From a virus, in IMG/VR virus record IMGVR_UViG_3300048609_000070: DNA of 31,197 nt. One strand, 5' to 3'. This document shows positions 25,249 to 31,197 of this stretch, piece after piece. The number at the start of each line of letters is the position of its first letter. Position 1 is the stretch's first letter. Under the pieces are notes generated by a model. The model worked only from the letters and a program-made list of their open reading frames with translations. It was not told where the DNA came from and searched no databases. Made by a program: the position numbers and the translations under genes.

Positions 25249-26154
25249 TTATCTCCTAACTATGCTATTAAATAGCCTATAAAAAAAATTGAAAATGAAT
25301 TTTGGATCTGTATATTGCGTACATCTATTACTTAGATACCATGGCTGCCGTAACATATTGCAGTATGCTTTATCATCTCTATCTAAGGACACAACTTTTT
25401 CTATTAAATAATCATACATGTAATCATCGCTTTTAAAGTCCTTTCCAACAACGTTTACAAAGCTATTCATGTTAAAATCTTTATATACTTGTGGATTACC
25501 CCAGTATATTGGAATACTATTTGCTTGCATAGGATTGTAAATTTTTTCAGACGTGTACCCTACGGCAAATCTGTTCTCAAAAGAAATAGTAAATTTGAAC
25601 TGCTTTAAGTACTCAACTTTATCTATGTAAAAATTAGCACTAAGTCTAGAATCCATTGCGGTTTTGTGACCGCCAATTGGATCTGTATTTGTGCAGCATG
25701 GACCAGGCGAATGAACAAATTTGTACTTACTTAGTTTGTCAAAAAATATATTTCGATGTGGAACGCTGTGCCAATAGATAAATGCACAAAATTTTGTCTT
25801 TTGACTAAGAATTTTTTCTGGACTGTACGTTGGATCTTTTATTAAATCTGTACCTGCACCATTGAAAGTATAATTTGGAAAACGCAAGTAATTAGGTGAT
25901 TTTATTGTATCTGGATACTGCCAACCTAACGCCCACTCACAAGTAGACATTTTTGTTTGCATGTACTCACGTGCATAGGATATCCTAATACATTTTTCTC
26001 TTGGTGAATCTGTTTTTGAAAAGAAGATAACAAAATCAGGATTTTTTGACACGACAAATTTGAAGTTTGCTAGGACTTCTGGCATGTTCCTAAAAAAGTA
26101 TGCAGGGTCATCTACTTTACCACCAGCTCTAATTTGTATTTTTATTTCTTTCAA
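25249..26154 (-). CDS. GT10-family alpha-1,3-fucosyltransferase-like glycosyltransferase.
   Basis: KFTISFENRFAVGYTSEKIYNPMQANSIPIYWG matches the GT10 alpha-1,3-FucT motif (FxL/VxFENSxxxxYxTEK). Confidence 0.7.
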   Translation of the reverse strand: MKEIKIQIRAGGKVDDPAYFFRNMPEVLANFKFVVSKNPDFVIFFSKTDSPREKCIRISYAREYMQTKMSTCEWALGWQYPDTIKSPNYLRFPNYTFNGAGTDLIKDPTYSPEKILSQKTKFCAFIYWHSVPHRNIFFDKLSKYKFVHSPGPCCTNTDPIGGHKTAMDSRLSANFYIDKVEYLKQFKFTISFENRFAVGYTSEKIYNPMQANSIPIYWGNPQVYKDFNMNSFVNVVGKDFKSDDYMYDYLIEKVVSLDRDDKAYCNMLRQPWYLSNRCTQYTDPKFIFNFFYRLFNSIVRR

Positions 26155-26761
26155 TTTTTTCTCCTAGTATACAGTGTAACGCATACAAGTAAGCTTCATC
26201 TTTATGCAAAAATGCATAATCATAAGATTCTATTGTATTTATTCTTTTGTATAATGGCATTAGCATAAGTAAATGCTCATAAATTGACATAATTGGAAAA
26301 AAGTTAGATGTTGAGTTTATTTCATTTAAAAAAGTACCTATTGTTTTCTCACTTGGCATTCTACATGGGTGAGCTACACCATACTTTTCTTTGAATTTAT
26401 CTAACTGAAAAGCAGGCTCACCAAAAGGAAATACATGCACGATCATTCTTCTTGAAACTCTATAGGATTCCAGCAGGAATACGTGATGGTCTTCTACGTG
26501 TTCAAGCGTATCAATCGAGATAGCCGCATCAAAATTGTCATTTCTATAAGGTAATTTCAGACAGTTTATTGCTACAGAATTCGCATGGATATCACTATTA
26601 GCGTTTACTACGGTGCAATCCAAAAAATTATTAATTCTTCCTGTACCTCCCATGTCAATTACTGACATAGGTTTTATTTTTGTTAGTAGATCTGCAACGG
26701 AGTAGTGTACTACTGCTGCCACAACTGGAATATCTAGGATATTATTTTTGACACCTGTCAT
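26129..26761 (-). CDS. Class I SAM-dependent methyltransferase.
   Basis: SVIDMGGTGRI (motif I). NDNFDAAISIDTLEHV (motif II/III). Confidence 0.65.
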   Translation of the reverse strand: MTGVKNNILDIPVVAAVVHYSVADLLTKIKPMSVIDMGGTGRINNFLDCTVVNANSDIHANSVAINCLKLPYRNDNFDAAISIDTLEHVEDHHVFLLESYRVSRRMIVHVFPFGEPAFQLDKFKEKYGVAHPCRMPSEKTIGTFLNEINSTSNFFPIMSIYEHLLMLMPLYKRINTIESYDYAFLHKDEAYLYALHCILGEKIERNKNTN

Positions 26762-27684
26762 ATCATTTCCAAGAATTCTAAAAGTGTAGCTACTCTATTA
26801 GAAATATTGTGCATCTTACGTGTAATATCATACATGTTTTTTCCTATTTTTTCTCTAAGGAGATTATCTTTTAATAGATGGTCAATCTTAACCAACAAAT
26901 CTGATAGATCGTTATAGAAAATAATGTCTGAATTTACTCCTAAGATATCCCGTGCTTCTTTTCTATCTTTAGTTATAACAGGTGTTCCACATGCCATACA
27001 CTCGAACATTCTATGCGCGAGCGGTGAATTTTCTTGCTGTAAATCTAGACTAATTTTCGCACTGTTTATTTCTTTGATAAATTCTTGTCCTTCTAATTGA
27101 CCATATGATCGAATATTTTTCCAATTTGTTCCAAATATTTTTATCTTATAAGAAGGAAATTTTTTCAAGATATGATTCATCGTATTAATACGGTACGTTG
27201 CAGGAGTGAATCTGCTATGGAACCCTTGTCCGTATACTATTATATCAGTTGTTTTTTCCAAATTTATTTTTCTATGAAACGAAGTATCGCATGCTGTTGG
27301 AAAATAAAAAGTTTTGATTTTTTCTCGTGTATGTAAAAATGTGTTGTAGCAATTTGTGACGTAAATATTGTAATTAAGTAATTTATTCTCGTCCCATTCG
27401 TATGGATCTGAGAACCCAAAACCGAGAACACGCGATCCTAAATTATTAATATCGTGCAGCGTACAACCTGAGTATTGAGACCATGTATGCGCGATCCATA
27501 CGTCAGTAAACTTTTCCTTTTTTATGGTATTAAGAAGTTCAGATCCATCAATTATGTTTTTTTCTAAACTGTGGACATTTTTCCATTTAATAGAAAAATT
27601 ACGAGATTGCATTTCTTTAAAAATTGAACATTTAGTTCCGCAAACATTCTCTGCGTATGAGTCTGACAAATATAATATTTTCAT
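26758..27684 (-). CDS. GT4 (glycosyl transferases group 1, GT-B) glycosyltransferase.
   Basis: C-terminal E-x7-E-like region with ECMACGTPVITKD. Typical GT-B length. Confidence 0.75.
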   Translation of the reverse strand: MKILYLSDSYAENVCGTKCSIFKEMQSRNFSIKWKNVHSLEKNIIDGSELLNTIKKEKFTDVWIAHTWSQYSGCTLHDINNLGSRVLGFGFSDPYEWDENKLLNYNIYVTNCYNTFLHTREKIKTFYFPTACDTSFHRKINLEKTTDIIVYGQGFHSRFTPATYRINTMNHILKKFPSYKIKIFGTNWKNIRSYGQLEGQEFIKEINSAKISLDLQQENSPLAHRMFECMACGTPVITKDRKEARDILGVNSDIIFYNDLSDLLVKIDHLLKDNLLREKIGKNMYDITRKMHNISNRVATLLEFLEMI

Positions 27685-28178
27685 TCTCTGTACCTTATAA
27701 ACTTTGCTGGATTACCTCCAACAATAGCATTGTCTGGTACGTCATTGTTAACAACGGATCCAGCTCCTACTACAGCGCCAGATCCGATGACAACTGGACC
27801 AACAATAATCGCACCAGCTCCAATCCATGATCCATTTTTTATTTCTATTCTTCCTGGTATGTTATCCTGTTCAGCAATAGACTTTCCCTTTTTTATACCA
27901 TGATTTTGCGCGTATATTCCAACATTCGGAGAAATTAGTACAGTTTCTCCAATTACTACGTTACCAAGAGCATGTATAATTGTGTTCACTCCGAGAACAG
28001 AATCATTGCCTATTACTATTGTTCCGCTACAGGTACGAAGTATCACTCCAGGTCGAATTCGTACTCTATTCCCGATAATGATACGGCCTGAACCATTCTC
28101 CTCGAAGCCAAGATAAGCAGAGTTATCTATGGAGCATTTATCTCCTATTTTAATTTCTTTTAGCGTTTTGCTTATCAT
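27681..28178 (-). CDS. Left-handed beta-helix (hexapeptide-repeat) acyl/acetyltransferase, candidate amino-sugar N-acetyltransferase (FdtC/QdtC/PerB-like).
   Basis: Repeated [LIV]-G-x-x-x-x-I hexapeptides (IGNRVRIRPGVIL...IGAGAIIVGPVVIGSGAVVGAGSVV). Confidence 0.8.
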   Translation of the reverse strand: MISKTLKEIKIGDKCSIDNSAYLGFEENGSGRIIIGNRVRIRPGVILRTCSGTIVIGNDSVLGVNTIIHALGNVVIGETVLISPNVGIYAQNHGIKKGKSIAEQDNIPGRIEIKNGSWIGAGAIIVGPVVIGSGAVVGAGSVVNNDVPDNAIVGGNPAKFIRYRE

Positions 28179-28954
28179 TTTTTTCTAAATAAGTAATTGT
28201 TTATTTTGTAAAAGTTTTTAGATACAAGTGCATTACCATTTCTTTGCCAGCTGTGAACAGACTGCGAAAAATGCCCTGAAGTTGGTTTTACCATACTGCT
28301 TACCTCTAGCGACAACAAACCATCCGTAACCAAAGAATCACTTATACTATTGAACGATGCGATAGGATCCGCAATATGCTCTAGCACGTCTAGGCAGATA
28401 ACTGCATTGTACATATTTTTACATAAAATACTGTCTGGGTAAAAAAACGAATTTATTTTTATTTTTCTATTTGTTACCCGCCATTTTGCATAATTATACA
28501 ATGGACCATCCACGTCTAAAAGGTCTACAATAGCTCCCTTTTGGGAACAGTATATTCCATGACTACCTACGCCACAACCGTAATCTAAGATACGTTTATC
28601 CTTAAACCCACCAATATTCTTTTCCAAGTCTTTAATATAGCTGCTCCTTCTTTCAACTGTTAGCGTAGAAAGAGTCCTAAGATAATCGACGGTTTCGAGG
28701 TACACATATTTTTTGTATATGAACTCGTAAGATGATGCTTGAATGTCCTTGTCTTCATATAAACGAATAGATGCTGGAGATGCAATTGCAAGACTTTTTA
28801 TTTTAGAAATTTTCAATCCGGAATACAAGGATAGCTCGTAGTCTATCTCATCCTGTGTTTCTTGAAAAATATTGTTAGCCACGGTTGCTCTTCCCGCTAG
28901 ATAGAACAAACTCACGCATTTTCTTTTTGTTTCTTTCAAAAACTTCGTCATCAA
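28175..28954 (-). CDS. Class I SAM-dependent methyltransferase.
   Basis: KRILDYGCGVGSHGIY (motif I), DLLDVD, AVICLDVLEHIADP. The annotated start overlaps the radical-SAM gene by 80 nt, so the true start is uncertain (no internal ATG; possibly a non-ATG start). Confidence 0.7.
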   Translation of the reverse strand: MMTKFLKETKRKCVSLFYLAGRATVANNIFQETQDEIDYELSLYSGLKISKIKSLAIASPASIRLYEDKDIQASSYEFIYKKYVYLETVDYLRTLSTLTVERRSSYIKDLEKNIGGFKDKRILDYGCGVGSHGIYCSQKGAIVDLLDVDGPLYNYAKWRVTNRKIKINSFFYPDSILCKNMYNAVICLDVLEHIADPIASFNSISDSLVTDGLLSLEVSSMVKPTSGHFSQSVHSWQRNGNALVSKNFYKINNYLFRKK

Positions 28955-30212
28955 GATTCGTTAGCTTTATGAAAGAATCCCAATGATTCAACCCTGTGGG
29001 TCCCCACATATAGAAATTGTAATGATCAATATCTGTATCCGTAATACGGCAGGAAAAATTTGATGGGTGTTTTGATATTGCAGATCCAGGAATGGGAATA
29101 AAATTGGTAAGCGCAATTGTATCATAAGATTCTGGAATACTTTGCAAAAATTCAATGTTTCGGTCCGCAGTATCTTCCGTTTCACCTGGGGTTCCAATCA
29201 TAAATAATATACGTACAACCATTCCAGATTTCTTTGCATTTACAATTCCGTTATAATTATCCTGAACGCTATTTCCTTTTCTTAATATTTTTAGGACATT
29301 GGGGTCCGCGCTCTCAACACCAAAACTTACTTCTCTGCAACCAGACTCGTACATCTCTTTAAACATATACGTACTATTTGGGCGAGTTCTTATAGACGCA
29401 CGCCAAATGATGTCATATTTTTTTATTTCTTTGCATAAGCTACTCAAGCGTTTTGTATCCAAAGTAAGAGTATCGTCACTGAATCTAATTTGTCTTATCC
29501 TGTATTTACTTACAATTTCATCTATTTCTGCTATAACGTTCGATACACTTCTCATATAAACTTTACGGTTCCAGATACCAGGAGATGCACAAAATGAACA
29601 ATTATATGGACATCCTCGGCTTGTTATAATTACGCTACTTCCTCCACTTTTGTAGACTTTATTAAATGCAAAAATATTTCCACCTTTGTCGTTGATCATA
29701 TCTCTTGCTGGAAATGGAAGATTATCTAAGTCGGTTATACGCTGTGATTTATAATATTTACGTAAATTTGGATAATCGTTGATAACATCAAATATAATAC
29801 GTTCTCCTTCACCGGATATTATTGAATCTATTTCTTTATCTTGAATCAATTCTGGTGTTAGAGAAATCGGACCACCTAATATTACTTTACAATTATTATT
29901 AGAACTTTTTATTCTTTTAGCTACTTCAATACATGGGTTTCTATCAAGAACTGTACCCGTTATCCCATAAATATCCGCCAAAGGAAATTCAAATGGGTCT
30001 TCCCAGTATTTTGAGCTAAGATCGAGCAGCGTAACATCCATATTCTTTTCACGTAGAGATGCTGCAATGTACATTAACCCTAATGGAGCTTGCGCTGTGG
30101 GTTGCTTAAGATAAGCATGCGGTGGGTTAATCAAACAAATTTTCATTGCTGGTTTTTGAACCAATCTATAAAATTTTTTATACCAACTTTGAAATCTATT
30201 TTTGGAAACCAA
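28875..30212 (-). CDS. B12-binding-domain radical SAM enzyme (class-B radical SAM, candidate C-methyltransferase).
   Basis: N-terminal MKICLINPP...LGLMYIAASL Rossmann-like B12 domain. CPYNCSFCAS (CxxxCxxC) radical-SAM cluster motif. The real start is probably Met23 at 30146, which forms an ATGA overlap with the upstream epimerase stop. Confidence 0.8.
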   Translation of the reverse strand: MVSKNRFQSWYKKFYRLVQKPAMKICLINPPHAYLKQPTAQAPLGLMYIAASLREKNMDVTLLDLSSKYWEDPFEFPLADIYGITGTVLDRNPCIEVAKRIKSSNNNCKVILGGPISLTPELIQDKEIDSIISGEGERIIFDVINDYPNLRKYYKSQRITDLDNLPFPARDMINDKGGNIFAFNKVYKSGGSSVIITSRGCPYNCSFCASPGIWNRKVYMRSVSNVIAEIDEIVSKYRIRQIRFSDDTLTLDTKRLSSLCKEIKKYDIIWRASIRTRPNSTYMFKEMYESGCREVSFGVESADPNVLKILRKGNSVQDNYNGIVNAKKSGMVVRILFMIGTPGETEDTADRNIEFLQSIPESYDTIALTNFIPIPGSAISKHPSNFSCRITDTDIDHYNFYMWGPTGLNHWDSFIKLTNLDDEVFERNKKKMREFVLSSGKSNRG

Positions 30213-31087
30213 CCCAATAATTTTTTGGCTTTGCTAATTCCAGCATGCGTATGCACCATATCAGATAAAGGCATTTCTTCATTAATAATACTATAATTTT
30301 CTATGTCTAAATTGTAAGCAATTTCTTTTATTACATCTGCCAGAAATACTGGATTGCCGCTACCAAGATTTATAACATTAAATCCATTTGCTTTATCTCT
30401 TGCTAATATAATTCCATCAATGATGTCGCTTACATATGTATAATCTCGCGTAGTAAATCCATTTCCATAAACTGTAAGGGAATTTTTAGAAATTAATTCT
30501 TTTGAAAATCTGTGAATGGCAAGATCTGGTCGTTGTCTAGGTCCATAACAAGTAAATATACGAAGACAGGTAATATCTATCTTATAATTATTTGAGTACG
30601 CCCTGCACAAATCTTCTCCACAAGCCTTCGTTGCTCCATACACTGAAATAGGCTGTAGAAATAATTCTTCGTTGAATATCTTAGAATTGGTAGTTCCATA
30701 GACACTTGAAGAGGATGCAACGATAAGTTTTGTTTTTGAACTGGACAATTTAAGAATTGCATTCAGTGCTGAAATGTTGTTTTGTATAAACATACTTGAA
30801 TCTACAAAGGATTGACGAACTCCTGGAGACGCTGCTAAGTGGACAATGCTGTCTACATTTTCTAGCGTAGAAGAAAAATCTTTCGTAGGGATTTGTAATA
30901 TATCCTTAGTTATAAGATGGAAATTTTTATTTTTTAGCGCTCTCTGTAAATTTTTTCTTTTTATTTCTGGATCGTAAAAGTCATTGAAATTGTCAATTCC
31001 AATAACCTGTTCATTAATATCTAATAGATGATCCACAAGTGAAGATCCAATAAAACCAGCGCATCCTGTAACTAATGTAGTTTTCAT
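30143..31087 (-). CDS. NAD-dependent sugar-nucleotide epimerase (extended SDR, GalE/WbpP-like rather than a 4,6-dehydratase).
   Basis: VTGCAGFIGSSLVDHLL Rossmann motif. ASSSSVYG lacks the dehydratase DE pair. YGATKACGEDLCRAY (YxxxK). Confidence 0.8.
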   Translation of the reverse strand: MKTTLVTGCAGFIGSSLVDHLLDINEQVIGIDNFNDFYDPEIKRKNLQRALKNKNFHLITKDILQIPTKDFSSTLENVDSIVHLAASPGVRQSFVDSSMFIQNNISALNAILKLSSSKTKLIVASSSSVYGTTNSKIFNEELFLQPISVYGATKACGEDLCRAYSNNYKIDITCLRIFTCYGPRQRPDLAIHRFSKELISKNSLTVYGNGFTTRDYTYVSDIIDGIILARDKANGFNVINLGSGNPVFLADVIKEIAYNLDIENYSIINEEMPLSDMVHTHAGISKAKKLLGWFPKIDFKVGIKNFIDWFKNQQ

Positions 31088-31197
31088 TTATTTAGTAGAG
31101 CAAACGCGAGATTATGTACTTCCACGTGTTTTTTTTCATAATAGGCTATTTTTTCTTGCATTCTTTCTATAATTATATTTCTGTATTCTTCCAATAA

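Noticed and set aside
30143-31087. Possibility that the SDR protein is the missing dTDP-glucose 4,6-dehydratase or GDP-fucose synthase.
   Set aside because: It lacks the dehydratase D-E pair (it has ASSSSVYG) and the GMER SCIYP motif. An epimerase-type SDR is more consistent.
1-31197. tRNA, rRNA or other structured RNA genes.
   Set aside because: Coding density approaches 100%, leaving no intergenic space over ~100 nt. No cloverleaf-like segments are evident by eye.

Overview
The window is dense with genes (about 35 CDS) and every credible gene lies on the minus strand, often with ATGA/GTGA stop-start overlaps. It reads like a large phage or virus-like replicon using bacterial-type machinery and Shine-Dalgarno (AGGAG) ribosome-binding sites. 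I cannot name the replicon or host from sequence alone.

Replication/recombination module (about 0-17.9 kb, gene order 3'->5'):
- SbcC/Rad50 ATPase and SbcD/Mre11 nuclease.
- RecA interrupted in its P-loop by a 339-aa intein.
- Family-A DNA polymerase: an N-terminal family-4 UDG-like Fe-S domain, a 3'-5' exonuclease, and a 137-aa mini-intein inside the TGRL|SS(D)PNLQNI motif.
- ECF-sigma-like protein carrying a ~350-aa Asp/Glu-rich and Lys-rich low-complexity insert built from tandem nucleotide repeats.
- Stand-alone DnaG zinc-binding-domain protein with no TOPRIM domain.
- DnaB-type helicase and a DnaI/DnaC-like loader with a zinc ribbon.
- XPB/ResIII-type SF2 helicase.

Nucleotide-sugar/glycan island (17.9-31.1 kb), compact and with no obvious membrane components:
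- Two GT2 glycosyltransferases, a GT-A, a CgeB-like GT, a GT10 alpha-1,3-fucosyltransferase-like enzyme and a GT4.
- GDP-mannose 4,6-dehydratase.
- DegT-family aminotransferase.
- Two FdtA-like cupin ketoisomerase paralogs, one fused to a SAM methyltransferase.
- Hexapeptide acetyltransferase.
- Three further SAM methyltransferases.
- B12-binding radical-SAM enzyme.
- SDR epimerase.

Inside the island there is a clear segmental duplication. A degenerate relic of the GMD 3' end sits in front of the duplicated cupin gene, and 34-nt direct repeats mark both cupin termini.

I found no tRNA, rRNA or CRISPR. The plus-strand ORFs look like antisense artefacts of the minus-strand genes.
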